Part shown: one piece after another, positions 1-11,300 of the stretch
Position numbering within the stretch: position 1 is the first letter of the stretch
Layout of the letters: each line of letters begins with the position of its first letter
Source: Candidatus Kapaibacteriales bacterium
GTDB taxonomy: Bacteria; Bacteroidota; Ignavibacteria; Kapaibacteriales; UBA2268
Direction of reading: 5' to 3'
Assembly: GCA_965661945.1 (NCBI GenBank)
Contig: CBFIFP010000001.1
Span: 853,592 to 917,591, forward strand
DNA length: 64,000 bases
Made by a program: the position numbers and the translations under genes
Notes under the pieces: generated by a model
Databases searched by the model: none
What the model saw: the letters and a program-made list of their open reading frames with translations, nothing else
What the model was told of the DNA's origin: nothing

Positions 1-601
1 GGAATTGGTCTCCTTTAGTTGTAGTTATAATTACTATATCACCAATTTTTGCAAGCATTTTCTCCGCCGCACCAATCCCTAGAATAATACTATTAGATAC
101 ATTTTTTAAATCCATATAATTTCCTTCTGGAACATAGTCACCAAAGGAATAATATTTTGCTTCTTTTTCAACATCTATACCATTTACCATACCATTCAAT
201 TCGATAGTACCAAGACTATAAAACGCTTGAGCTAAAGTTCTCGGAGCAACACCCTCAACCCTATTATCATTTTCTAAAGTATTCAAGATCGCTTCGACAT
301 TATGAATTTGATTCCTTGCAATTGCTGGTTTAATCGAGCGTACAAAATTATGCGTGCTTCCATATTTTTCGGTCATATCAATTGGCTGAGTCTCTGTCGG
401 TCTTATATCATTATATAATCTAATATGAGGAGTTCTATTTAGAACCAAACTATCTAACAGACCATTCAAGCCCTCCATAAAACCAAGTAAGGTAATAAAC
501 AAAGCAATGCTAAATGTAACCCCTATTGCAGCAATAAGAGTTTGTTTCCATCTAGCAAAAAGCAAAGCTACCGAAATCTCAACTATATGTTTTATTTTCA
601 T
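1..601 (-). CDS. ABC transporter permease, FtsX/MacB-like (N-terminal part; C-terminus runs off the window start)
   Basis: The minus-strand translation from the ATG at 599-601 reads MKIKHIVEISVALLFARWKQTLIAAIGVTFSIALFITLLGFMEGLNG..., a MacB/FtsX-type N-terminal TM helix plus periplasmic domain. It lies directly downstream of the MFP gene. It is absent from the ORF track because it is truncated by the window edge. Confidence 0.65.
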   Translation of the reverse strand, partial: MKIKHIVEISVALLFARWKQTLIAAIGVTFSIALFITLLGFMEGLNGLLDSLVLNRTPHIRLYNDIRPTETQPIDMTEKYGSTHNFVRSIKPAIARNQIHNVEAILNTLENDNRVEGVAPRTLAQAFYSLGTIELNGMVNGIDVEKEAKYYSFGDYVPEGNYMDLKNVSNSIILGIGAAEKMLAKIGDIVIITTTKGDQF

Positions 602-602
602 T

Positions 603-1709
603 TTAAGGTAATACTATTTTAGTGTTTTCATCAATTCCTGATGTAATCTCAACTAATTCAAAATCCATCAAACCTGTTTCAACTTTAATCAACTTCCCAT
701 TCTCTAATAAAACTTCAGAGTTTGAAGTTAAATACTTACGTGGTATAGTTAGCACACTGTCTCTTTTGGTTATTACAATATTTGCCTCAACAGTTAAATT
801 TGGATATAACTTTTTTGGCTTTTCGATAAACTTTGCTTCAATTTTGAACGTTCTAGTTCTATCATTCATTATTGGCTGAATATTACTTACAGTCGCTTCA
901 AAAACTATATCTTTGTAACTATCCATTCTAATAAAAACTTCCTGACCTAATTCAATTTTTACAATATCAATCTCATCAATATTCACCTCAATTATAAAGT
1001 CCTCTGCACCAATAGATGCAATAGCAGATAAATTAGTAACTAACTCACCTTTATCTTTATCAATTTTGTAAATAATACCTTCTACTTCACTTTTAATAAC
1101 ATAATCATCTTCCATTAATTTTGCTATTTTTAAGTTATTTTTACTTTGTTCGGAGTTTAGTCTTAATTGTTTTTTTAAGTCTATTAATTTCAATTTCAAA
1201 GATTCATGAGTATTCTTAGAATTTTCAAAATTCAATTCTTTTAGTTCCAAATCGTACTTACTTCCAATTTTTTTATTCCAAAGATTTTTTTGTCTTTCAA
1301 AAAGAAGCGAATCATTTTTTAATTTTTGCTCTGCTAAATTTATACTATTTTCAATTTCATCTAACTTTGTTTTATTATTCTGATAGTCAGCATTTTTAGC
1401 ATTTAAAAAAGCATTTTTAGTATTAAGAATAGAATTAGAGTTTTCAAGTTGAAACAAAGTATCGCCAATATTTACAAAGTCTCCTTCTTTCACAAATATT
1501 TTTTTCAAAACACCAACATTTTTTGAAAATATCTCATATTGGCTTTTACTCTTAACAAAGCCAGAAGCATAAACACTTTCAGTAATACTTTTCAATTCTG
1601 GTTTTATATATTCCTTCTTCTCAGAACAGGAGAAAGAAAACAACACAACAAAAGTAATAGAATATAATATCTTCATAATTACCCAATAATAACATTTAAT
1701 ACAAATCAA
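603..1709 (-). CDS. HlyD-family efflux membrane fusion protein (periplasmic adaptor); the true start is probably the internal MKILYSITFVVLFSFSCS near position 1676
   Basis: Signal or lipobox-like N-terminus, a long coiled-coil-like middle (LKNDSLLFERQKNLWNKK...KELNFENSKNTHESLKLKLIDLKKQLRLN) and a beta-barrel C-terminus typical of HlyD/MacA adaptors. It overlaps the downstream FtsX-like permease, which indicates an operon. Confidence 0.7.
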   Translation of the reverse strand: MICIKCYYWVIMKILYSITFVVLFSFSCSEKKEYIKPELKSITESVYASGFVKSKSQYEIFSKNVGVLKKIFVKEGDFVNIGDTLFQLENSNSILNTKNAFLNAKNADYQNNKTKLDEIENSINLAEQKLKNDSLLFERQKNLWNKKIGSKYDLELKELNFENSKNTHESLKLKLIDLKKQLRLNSEQSKNNLKIAKLMEDDYVIKSEVEGIIYKIDKDKGELVTNLSAIASIGAEDFIIEVNIDEIDIVKIELGQEVFIRMDSYKDIVFEATVSNIQPIMNDRTRTFKIEAKFIEKPKKLYPNLTVEANIVITKRDSVLTIPRKYLTSNSEVLLENGKLIKVETGLMDFELVEITSGIDENTKIVLP

Positions 1710-1769
1710 TCTTAATACAATTACAAAATTAATAAAATAAACATAACGAATAACATACCTAAAATAAAA

Positions 1770-1800
1770 ATAAAAAAGCCGAGCAATACTGCTCGGCTTA
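1770..1800 (-). terminator. Rho-independent terminator downstream of the 2140-aa gene
   Basis: The hairpin AGCCGAGCA-atact-GCTCGGCT at 1778-1799 is followed on the minus strand by a run of T (plus-strand A7 at 1771-1777). Confidence 0.7.
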
Positions 1801-1827
1801 ATTATTTAGAAAAACTATCTAAAGTAA

Positions 1828-4800
1828 TTATTTGATAATAACTAATTCTTTAGTGATAGAGTTTCCATTTGCAGTGATTTTTATGAAATAAAGACCACTT
1901 GCATTATCACCAGTTTCCCATGTAATTGCATGAGAACCAGCTGTGTAAGTTACATTGCTAACAACAGTTGCTATAGAAGCACCAGTTGCATTGTAGATTT
2001 CAATAGAAACATTTGCAGTTTCAGTTAAATTAAACTCTACAGTTGATTTCTCATTAGCTGGGTTTGGATATGGCTCGTTGATAGATCCAGCGAAGTTCTC
2101 AACAGAAGAAGCTCCTTCAGAAGAGATAGTAAATCTACCAGTTCTAGCATATTCAAGATTTGGTTTATTAACATATATAGCTCTTAAAACTACGTTTTCA
2201 GAGTTAATATTTGGTAATTTCCAATCCCAGTTTTGTCTTAACGCATTAACATTGCTTTGAATAGTTGTAAAGTTCAAACCACCGTCAACTGAAAGTTGAA
2301 CATCAAATTCTACTACAGAATTGTTATTCCATCTAACAGCTTTGATTGGCTCTTCTTTAACAACGATTACATCACCAGTTCTAGGAGTAATGAAGTTAAT
2401 GTTTCCAGAAAGGATTCTGAATGCTTCAGAACTTGCTAAATAGTTACCAGTTGTAGCATCATACATTGCTATTACAGCTTTGTCAGAATTAATGTTACTA
2501 GGTACAGTCCATTCAACTTTTCCAGAAATAGCGTTCACTGAAGTTACCAAAGTAGTCCAGTTGCTTGTTCCATTAGGTGATATTTCAAATCTAACATTTT
2601 CTACTTCTTCAGCAACGAAACGAATTTCACTTGTTTGACCAGCAAAGTAAATTGGGTCAATTGCTTCTGGTTTAGAAACTTTGTTTTTAGGTTGAGCAAT
2701 TGTAAATACATTGTTAGAAACATCTACAACAGTATTATCAACAGCATCAATTAATCTTATTAAACATTCGTTAGATTCGAAGTTTTCAACTGAATACTCA
2801 TAGTTAGCGATAGCAGCACTTACTTGCTCTTCATTCAATCTTATCCAAGAGTTACCTCTATCAAGAGACAATTCAATAAATAAATCTTGATTAAATGATG
2901 GTTTAGACCAAGAGATAAAGTAAGATTTACCAGTACCCCAAGTTTCTCCACCATTAGGAGAAGTAAGAACAGCATTGATACGAGTATCAACTTTCTTAGA
3001 ATCATCAAAGTTACCATATTGAGTTATAGCATTTCCATCAATATCAATAACTGCTGTTGAGTAATGCCAATCAAAGTTGAAAGAATTAGCAACATCAGGA
3101 TTTCTCACTGAGAATACTAAAGTTCCAACAAGTGTTCTTTCGTAAGGCACACTGTAACCAGGGTGTTTGTAGAAAGTATTTGTAGAAGCATTTCTGTATG
3201 GTTTGTTATCATAGTCAATTTCAACTGAACGTACATTATCTAAAGGTTGAGGAGCAACTGGAAGAGGAGCAGAATATGTTTTGAAGTAACCTAATGCTGG
3301 ATCATCATTCCAAGGGCTGTTCTCAGTGTTAGAAATTGTAACAAAAGATAAAGCATTGTTATCATATTCTAAAGCAAATGTACAGTTTCCAAGAGCAAAT
3401 GGCTCACCAGTATTTTCAATAAATACTGAAAGCATAAGTAATCCCTCTTCTTCCATAAATTCTGTTTCAGAAATAACATTATAGCTCAATCCACCTGATT
3501 GTAATTTAGCTTGTCTAATATCTTTAACATTGTCAAAAGTAGGCATTAATCTATCAAGATTTTGACTAGCTGCAATCGCTCTTTGGTTCATCACTTCAGA
3601 ACGAACAAAGCTATTAGTGTTAATCTTGTTAAATTCAGTACCATTGTCGATAGATTCCACACCTGGAACTATACCATAAACTTCAGCCCAGTCTAAATAC
3701 TCAGCTAAAGACCATACTTTACCAAAGTTATTATCAATGATAGAACGGTCAAGTGCGTTTACAGCACCATCACCAGTTACATCAGCAGTTAAATTATTTC
3801 CAAGACCTTCAAGACGAGATTGAACAGCATCCGCTACGTTAATCTGACCGTCTCTAATTACATCACCAGCAACCATTGCAGCCATTTTGCCAACATTAGT
3901 TGTAGAACCTTGACCATCAGAATAAACTAATGCAGTTCTTGAAAAGTCTGGTTGAGTAGGGTCAGTAGAAATTGCGCCTAATGCAGAATATGCATCACCA
4001 AAAGCAGTAGGATCTTGAGCGTTAGCTGATGTTAATACATCTGTTGTATCTCCACCCCAGTTTTGGAAATCCCAACCTGATTCAATTGCCCAAGTAGATT
4101 TATCATCACCTGAGAATTGAAGAGGAGCTGCATATCTTGACATTACTGGTAAGTGATTTTCGTGTTCAACTAAAACATAATAAGTAGAATCCACTATTTC
4201 AGTAAACACAAAGTTTATATCACCAAATAATGAACCATCTGAACCTCTTAGGAAAGCAGTTACACTTCCGTTAGGGTTTTTTTCTTGAAAATCTGCTTCG
4301 TTTTCAGCTGTTGCTTTAACACCAGCAGGAGTGCCTGCTTGGTCAGAATATAATGTGATTCTCACACCATTTTCGTCAAAAGAAGTTCCTAAAATACCTT
4401 GATCAACTCCACCAACATTACCAAAATCAGTAGAACTGTTTAAATGGTAACCTTCCAAATTAACTCTTACAGTAAAGTTAGAAGGAGGTGTTATAGTAAA
4501 TAAATCAGTTTGATGTCTTAGGTCTTTAAAAGTAGTCCACTCAAAAGGAGAAGCTGCATTTATTGTTGCTTCAGCATTCACTCTTAATCTTGCATTTAAT
4601 AATGCAGCAGGGAATGGCTCTTGAGTATTGTCATCAGCATTATATTTTGTAGTAGATACATTTAGTTCACCAGCATATTGAGTATGAGGTGGGTTAGTAC
4701 CTAAGAACTTAAATGATGAAGTTAATGGTAAAGAGAATGAATTTACAAATCCAGCATCATCATTTTCAGAAGAAGTCGGATTATAAGGAATATTCTCAGT

Positions 4801-7800
4801 ACCTCCACCACCAAAGTTTGACCATTCAAAGTCAGATTGTTGACTTAAAACACTGTTACCAGTATTAAAACCAGCTTCATCGTAATTAAATCCAATCCAT
4901 CTTACTCTTAAGTTGGTATTTGATTGAGCTACTCTATCTTCATATTGAGGCTCAGCAAGTTTAACATAAGGTTTGTTTCCTGTATATTTAACACCATTAT
5001 TTATTATAACTTTTGCTGATAAACTGTCATTTGCACCATTGATAACAGAGAAAACAGAGTTGTATTCCATATCATTTGCAACAACAGAAGTACCATCAAA
5101 ATCAAATGATGCAATTAAATTAGTTTGGAAGTTTTGAAGTAATTCAGAACCTTTAACATTTGCTGCACCTTGTATGAATGAAGTCATTTCAGTTGGTTCA
5201 ACACCAGTTGCAGCGCTACCATTTGGTAAACCATTCCAATATCTAAGACCTTTCATTTCACCAATGAAAGATAAGTTAAGAGCTTCAATTTCGCCATCTT
5301 CGTTAGGTAATAAGTTTCTCCATTCGTAAGCAATATAACCAGGGAAAGCATTAGTTGAATTTACAGACACATTAGTAGCTGTTTGTAAAGTTCCTTGAAT
5401 ATCATCCCCTCTTTGTACATTACCATCGATGTAAAATCTTACATCTGGAATTCCAGTACCATTTCCTAAGTTTACATAAACAGCAACATGAGTCCATGCA
5501 GAATCAACAGAAGCTGTATTAGGAATTGAAATTGGTAATAACGGATTTGATTCAGCACTAAACAATTGACCATCAGCAGAACCAATTACTAATTGTAATT
5601 GACCAGAGCGTAATAATCTAAATGCATAGTGAATATTACCAGTTGTTGTATCCATTTTGTTAATAATCGGGAAGAACTCTTCCAATTCAGTTGGGAATCT
5701 ATAAGGTTTAATCCATGCTTCCAATACTGCCGAACCACCTAAGAAATTCATATCTTGATTTGGCTCAATTAAAATTACAGAGTTTTCACCTGTATTTTGT
5801 AAAGAGAAGTAAGGTGCAACCTCAAAGTCTTCAGTTGAATAAGTAATGTTATCTTGATTATTATCATTTGTTCCACTTACTCTTAGTCTAACATTTTTAG
5901 AATAGTTTGAATCACCAGGAGCAACTGCTTGTAAGTCATTATATTGACCAATAACAGTAGCACTTCTGTAAGGCTCCCACAAATCAGTAGTTGATTCTGC
6001 ATTCATTCCATTTAAAAGGTTACCATCATTTTTAATTGCAAAAGCCCAAGTATTTCCACCATCACGGCTAAACTCAAGAACTAAATCATCAGAATCTGTA
6101 GTTGTATTACCAATTCCAAAAGATGCCCATCTTACTTGGTAAGCATTATCTTCTAAATTCGTAACACCAGACATAGCTGAAGGAGAAGTGATTCTAATGT
6201 GTCCTCTATCAGGTCTGAATGGGAATCTTTCTTCATTTAAAGTAGAAACAGTGCCATTATTTATATCTGTGTATAATCTAACAATGTTTGCACCATTTTG
6301 GTCTCCTGAACCTGGACCAGAAGCGTCAGATAAATCAGCAGAAACACCATTGAAAGAATAATAAAATTCTAAAGCATTTCTGTCGTCGCCATTAGCAAAA
6401 GGAGCAGCGTTCGGGCTATTAACTCCAGACATATATTGTCTAACTTCACCTTGTGCTAAAGCTTTTCTCCAAATTTTAACCTCTTTGATACCAGCGTTTA
6501 AATAGTCATTTTCATCAATGCCAGGGTTAGGGTTTACGCCAATCCATATCAATTGAGAACCAGTTGCTGGTCTAATATCATTTGAGTTTTGGTTGGTAGT
6601 TTGTTCCATCAACTCACCATCAACATAGATAGAAACAACATTATTTCTAACTACACCAGCGATATGGTGCCAGTTTCCTGGATGTTCAGTATTGTTATCA
6701 ATTGGAACAGCTGCAGTAGCCGCTGTTAGTGCATCAGGAGATATAACATCAGCAATAAACTGAGTTCCATTTAATCCTCTACCTTCTACTTCTGTTACTC
6801 TAAAAGCAGGGTATTTACCATCTTTAAGATATAACATCCAATTACCTTCAGCATCTTGTGAATTTGGTCCACCTGAAGCAGCAACTATAGCAGGATTTAT
6901 TTCTGATAAAGTATTAGAATTAATACTTGTTAAGTTTATCCAAGCTTCTACTGTAAATTGAGTAGGGTTAGAAAACTGATCATTTGTTCTTAAGTACTCA
7001 GTTTGTCCATCAAGTTGTAAGAAAAATATTCTTGAAAGAATAAAGTTAGCATCACTTATATCATAAGTTCTATCAGCAACTCTACTTCTTAATGAAATAT
7101 CAGCACCAGTTCCAGTAGTATCAAGTTGTCTGATTCTTAATCTTGCTTGCTCAGAACGGAAAGGGAAAAATGCATCATCTTCCCAAATTACTCTTAAAAC
7201 TCCACCATAACCAGTTCCAGAACCTACTGGTAACTGAGCTCCGCTTCCTTGAGTAATCAAGAAACCATCTGCTGCACCGTTTGAAGTTTCAATTTCTCCA
7301 TTTCTTACATTTGCTAGAGTAATAGAAGCATCATTTGCAGCAACTCTATGCTCAGCAACTCTCATAAATTCTGTCCAATCTTGACTTTCGTCGTCAAGTT
7401 GGTCATTATAACCAGCTACAAAGTCAAAAGCATAAGCAAGTTTTTGTGAAGTTCCATATCTACTTGTAGCAGTAGGTCTGAAAAGACCAGAACGCTCGAA
7501 ATAGACTGGGTATCCATCAGCATTTAAAGAGATGTAAGATTTATTTCTATTTACTGCCTCGTTTGGTCCGTTAGGGTTTAATATTGTAATACCCTTTACT
7601 GACATATTAGCAGCATTAACTATAACAGCATTTGCTTTTACATCATTGCCATCAGTATCGATTAATACAAAGTTACCAATAGATTGTAATGTATTAAATT
7701 CAATGTTAGTTAAATCTGTAAGATCTAAATTATCATGGTTGATAATATCAAACACCATTTTACCAACAAAAGAACCAATTCCATTAGTTTCTGGTTGGAA

Positions 7801-8250
7801 ACCTTGAGTAGAAGGAACTGTTGGGATAGCAACGTGCATGATTGAAACATAATTTACTCCATCAGTAACCGGATTTGATGATAATGCACTGTAACCGTTT
7901 ACACTATGGAAATTAGAGGTAAATTCTCTGTAAGGTAATGGTGCAGTTTGCTCTATCATATAATCTATTGAGTCAGTTAAATGCAGATCATAAGTAGCAA
8001 CATCTGCTGGCGATAGATGGTCAGTGTTATATGTAACACCGATTGTCATATTACCTATTTTTGGCACATTACTAGTTGTACCTTTAAGCCAAAATTCAAC
8101 ACCGATTTTATCACCCAATCTTCTTTGTTTCAAAGTGATTGTATAGTCTTGGGCGAATACATCAGGAGCGAATAATAGAACCGTCAGCATCAAGACAAGT
8201 GCCTTTCCTTGGCATACCTGAATTGCTTTTTTTATTCTATTAAGGTTCAT
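1828..8250 (-). CDS. Giant secreted T9SS cargo protein (2140 aa) with a LamG/ConA-like lectin domain, a dockerin-like Ca-binding repeat pair and a T9SS C-terminal sorting domain
   Basis: N-terminal signal peptide (MLTVLLFAPDVFAQ). LamG-like block FTVEAWINLTS...WMLYLKDGKYPAFRV...VSIYVDGEL. Dockerin-like DVTGDGAVNALDRSIIDNNFGK. C-terminus ...GLYFIKITANGNSITKELVIIK is typical of a type-A T9SS CTD. It is a paralog of the 1976-aa gene at 16578..22508. Confidence 0.8.
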   Translation of the reverse strand: MNLNRIKKAIQVCQGKALVLMLTVLLFAPDVFAQDYTITLKQRRLGDKIGVEFWLKGTTSNVPKIGNMTIGVTYNTDHLSPADVATYDLHLTDSIDYMIEQTAPLPYREFTSNFHSVNGYSALSSNPVTDGVNYVSIMHVAIPTVPSTQGFQPETNGIGSFVGKMVFDIINHDNLDLTDLTNIEFNTLQSIGNFVLIDTDGNDVKANAVIVNAANMSVKGITILNPNGPNEAVNRNKSYISLNADGYPVYFERSGLFRPTATSRYGTSQKLAYAFDFVAGYNDQLDDESQDWTEFMRVAEHRVAANDASITLANVRNGEIETSNGAADGFLITQGSGAQLPVGSGTGYGGVLRVIWEDDAFFPFRSEQARLRIRQLDTTGTGADISLRSRVADRTYDISDANFILSRIFFLQLDGQTEYLRTNDQFSNPTQFTVEAWINLTSINSNTLSEINPAIVAASGGPNSQDAEGNWMLYLKDGKYPAFRVTEVEGRGLNGTQFIADVISPDALTAATAAVPIDNNTEHPGNWHHIAGVVRNNVVSIYVDGELMEQTTNQNSNDIRPATGSQLIWIGVNPNPGIDENDYLNAGIKEVKIWRKALAQGEVRQYMSGVNSPNAAPFANGDDRNALEFYYSFNGVSADLSDASGPGSGDQNGANIVRLYTDINNGTVSTLNEERFPFRPDRGHIRITSPSAMSGVTNLEDNAYQVRWASFGIGNTTTDSDDLVLEFSRDGGNTWAFAIKNDGNLLNGMNAESTTDLWEPYRSATVIGQYNDLQAVAPGDSNYSKNVRLRVSGTNDNNQDNITYSTEDFEVAPYFSLQNTGENSVILIEPNQDMNFLGGSAVLEAWIKPYRFPTELEEFFPIINKMDTTTGNIHYAFRLLRSGQLQLVIGSADGQLFSAESNPLLPISIPNTASVDSAWTHVAVYVNLGNGTGIPDVRFYIDGNVQRGDDIQGTLQTATNVSVNSTNAFPGYIAYEWRNLLPNEDGEIEALNLSFIGEMKGLRYWNGLPNGSAATGVEPTEMTSFIQGAANVKGSELLQNFQTNLIASFDFDGTSVVANDMEYNSVFSVINGANDSLSAKVIINNGVKYTGNKPYVKLAEPQYEDRVAQSNTNLRVRWIGFNYDEAGFNTGNSVLSQQSDFEWSNFGGGGTENIPYNPTSSENDDAGFVNSFSLPLTSSFKFLGTNPPHTQYAGELNVSTTKYNADDNTQEPFPAALLNARLRVNAEATINAASPFEWTTFKDLRHQTDLFTITPPSNFTVRVNLEGYHLNSSTDFGNVGGVDQGILGTSFDENGVRITLYSDQAGTPAGVKATAENEADFQEKNPNGSVTAFLRGSDGSLFGDINFVFTEIVDSTYYVLVEHENHLPVMSRYAAPLQFSGDDKSTWAIESGWDFQNWGGDTTDVLTSANAQDPTAFGDAYSALGAISTDPTQPDFSRTALVYSDGQGSTTNVGKMAAMVAGDVIRDGQINVADAVQSRLEGLGNNLTADVTGDGAVNALDRSIIDNNFGKVWSLAEYLDWAEVYGIVPGVESIDNGTEFNKINTNSFVRSEVMNQRAIAASQNLDRLMPTFDNVKDIRQAKLQSGGLSYNVISETEFMEEEGLLMLSVFIENTGEPFALGNCTFALEYDNNALSFVTISNTENSPWNDDPALGYFKTYSAPLPVAPQPLDNVRSVEIDYDNKPYRNASTNTFYKHPGYSVPYERTLVGTLVFSVRNPDVANSFNFDWHYSTAVIDIDGNAITQYGNFDDSKKVDTRINAVLTSPNGGETWGTGKSYFISWSKPSFNQDLFIELSLDRGNSWIRLNEEQVSAAIANYEYSVENFESNECLIRLIDAVDNTVVDVSNNVFTIAQPKNKVSKPEAIDPIYFAGQTSEIRFVAEEVENVRFEISPNGTSNWTTLVTSVNAISGKVEWTVPSNINSDKAVIAMYDATTGNYLASSEAFRILSGNINFITPRTGDVIVVKEEPIKAVRWNNNSVVEFDVQLSVDGGLNFTTIQSNVNALRQNWDWKLPNINSENVVLRAIYVNKPNLEYARTGRFTISSEGASSVENFAGSINEPYPNPANEKSTVEFNLTETANVSIEIYNATGASIATVVSNVTYTAGSHAITWETGDNASGLYFIKITANGNSITKELVIIK

Positions 8251-8298
8251 GATTTAATCCTTTAATTAATTTAAACAAATTTTCGATTTAAAAATTGG

Positions 8299-8327
8299 TA
8301 GGAGTGAAGTCCTTCCACTCCTACCTT
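8299..8327 (-). terminator. Hairpin terminator between giant genes
   Basis: Perfect 10-bp inverted repeat GGTAGGAGTG-aagtccttc-CACTCCTACC immediately after the stop of the 2544-aa gene, followed by a T/A-rich tract on the minus strand. Confidence 0.55.
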
Positions 8328-8332
8328 TAAAA

Positions 8333-11300
8333 TTACTCAACTTGAGAGAAAATCTCATTAGCGCTTGTTGAAACTCTAATTTTGTATGAAGATGATGAGT
8401 AAGCGTCTTCATTTGCTCCTGATACTTTAAGTACGTAAGTTCCTACAGGTGCTTGGTTAAGTATAATAACCTCATCACCAGTTGATAGAACTTTGGAGTC
8501 TCTCAATAATGTTTTAGTACTAAGTCCTGTTATAGCATCATATAATTCTACATCATAATTTGCTGGTAAGTCAGAGATTCTGATTATTATGTTTCTCTTC
8601 TGAGAATTAACATTAAATCTGAACCAATTTACTCCACCTGTAGTAGTAATAGTACTATTTACGTCGATATCTGTTTGAATATTCGCCGGAGCTGATTCAG
8701 ATGTTCCTGAAGTTATATCACCAGTAGAAGTTGTAAATGATATCGGGTTTCTGCTTGTTAAAGATGTATATACCGAACCTGTTGCATAGTTAAAGTTCGG
8801 AGTTGTTCCATTATAATCAAAAACTTGAACGTAGTATCTTGTGTTTGGCATTAAGCCTGTAATGTCATTTGAAAATGCTGCTGCACCAGGTGCTACATTT
8901 GCCATTACAACATAAGATCCTGCTCCTGTTTGACCTACTCCAACTCCTAATCCATCTGCGATGTTTAAGTTTGGAGTGTAAGGAGTGCCATCAGTAGGAG
9001 CATGAGGAGCAGCACCTTGTCTGATTACTACTATTCTTCCGTCAGTAGCTCCAGAATTAGCTGTTATATTAGTAATTCTTGCAGATGTTGCAGTTATGTT
9101 TGCGATTGTAACAACAGCGTCATTTGCTGCTGGCTCTGCTTCTAATACTTTAATTGCACTAGTATTTGCTGATGCTGTTAAACCACCAGTAGCATTTACT
9201 ACTAAGTTAGTCGAACCACCTGCAGCAGTTATTACTGGGCTTAGAATTACATTATTTGTTCCGTTAGCTATTGTTGCTGTGTTTGCACCTACAGTACCAA
9301 CTCCACTTACAAATGCTATAGAAACTGATTGATTAGCACTTACATTCGTAGGGTAACCATCTGCATCAACTGCTCTAACTGTAAAGCCAAGTGTATTCCC
9401 AGTTACAACTGAAGAGTTGTGATGAGCGATTTCAAAAGCAGTAGCTGTTCCAGCAGTTCTTATTGTATGCTCTACCGCTGTTGCAGGTAAAGGTCCAGCT
9501 GCATTTAATTTTGCAGGAGAAGTCAAAGTAACATAGTCTTGACTTGTTAACTGAACTGAAATTTTATTTCCAGCAGTTGCATTACTTCCAACTTTTACAC
9601 CCACTAAATATTTTCTAGCGTCTGTTAAGTTTTGAGTAAACCCAGTGAATTGTAAGTTACCTACTCCAGTAGCTGATGTTAATGTACCATTTGCTACTTT
9701 TTCTGAGTTCTCAGGATATCCATTTTCATTTGAATCATAGTATAATCCCCAGTTTGATAAGTTAGCTGTTTCATTTGCAGAACTTAATGTTACTGTAAAA
9801 TTAACACCTGTAAATTCTGTTGATTGGCTATTATCCGGAGATAATGTAAATCCAAATACTGGTTGTCTGTCAACTCTTGTTCCTAAGTTACTTGCTGCTG
9901 TGTTATTATCTACATTCACAGTAACACTAGAATTTACAAAAGAATATAAGAAACCTGTATGTGAATCAGCAGCATTTCCATCAATATCAGTTCCTCTAAT
10001 TCCTAATTCAGTTGAAGTTATATTAGAGTAAACTAAAGATGGAGTAATGTCGTTTGTTGTGTTTGTTACACCATTTTTAACATCAGCAACCACAAAGAAG
10101 AATCTTGGAGTTGTTCCAATATTAATTTTGTTAAATGCAACAGAAAACTGAGTGCTTGTTATGTCGTTTGTAGTTAAAGTAACTAACTCTGCAACTCCCA
10201 TATTTCTGAAATCATGTTCTGAATTTGATTGATAAACTCTCACATTTTCAAAAATTTCAGAAGGATCTTGGTCAAAATTAATTTTGAATCCAGTGATACC
10301 TGGTGAACCAGTTGCATTCGTAACAGTTGCTTTAAATCCAAATAATGCTACATTATCTTGACCAGGTACTAATGGACTATTTGTTAATCCGATTTCATTT
10401 GGAGATACCATTACTGCCGCTCTAAATGAGTAGTTAGAACCTGTTAAAGTAAACTCTTCGCTTACTCCATCAGTTATTGTAGTCAATAAATTAGTTGTAG
10501 TAGTAGTAATAGTTGCAGTATTTGTAGTTACAGAAGAAATAACATCAATAACTAAAAATAAGTTGATTGGTGATCCTTCGTTTACTCTTTTATAAGTATC
10601 ATTAACGCTAGTTAAATCAAACTGAATATAGTTATCTCCTGACTGACCACCAGTTGTGTTTGCACCACCTGGAGCTACATCAATCAATACGTTATTATCT
10701 TCAGAAGTAGCATAATTTTCATCTTCTGAATAAACAAGTTTCCATTTTTCAACTTCATTTGTTACAGCTAAATTTCTTCCTAAGTTAAATCTTACTGTAG
10801 ATAAATCAACTTGACCGTTTGAAGTATATTGAGCTCCAAATATTGCGTTGTCTTGAGTTCCAGCTGATAATGGAGAAGAAGCTAAACCATTTGTTATTGC
10901 TGTTGCAGATAATAAATCTGGAGTACCAATTGTCCACCACTCTGTTTGACCACTAAACTGGTCAATGGCTTCATTTGGAGTTATTAATCTTTTTATTGAT
11001 TTGTCAAGTGTTGATTCTTGGATTGTCCAGATATCAACTGCAGGATCATCTCCAAACACAAGGATTAAGTTATCTTCATTTAAAATACCTAATTCGCTTT
11101 GGTCGTAAGAAAATGCTAATTTACCATCTAAATTAGCGTTAGCAGTTGTTATTGAATAATATCTTGATGCTTGTTGCTCACTTCCTACAGTTAGAGGAAT
11201 GTGGTATCTTCTTACAGTTGTAGCACCCGGATTAGTTGCTGTTATAAATGCACCTAAACCACCAAGGTTGTTACTTGATAAATTTCCTACTGGAGTAACA

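Noticed and set aside
622-879. 85-aa plus-strand ORF inside the HlyD-family gene
   Set aside because: It is fully embedded antisense in a gene with clear family features and has no RBS or signal of its own.
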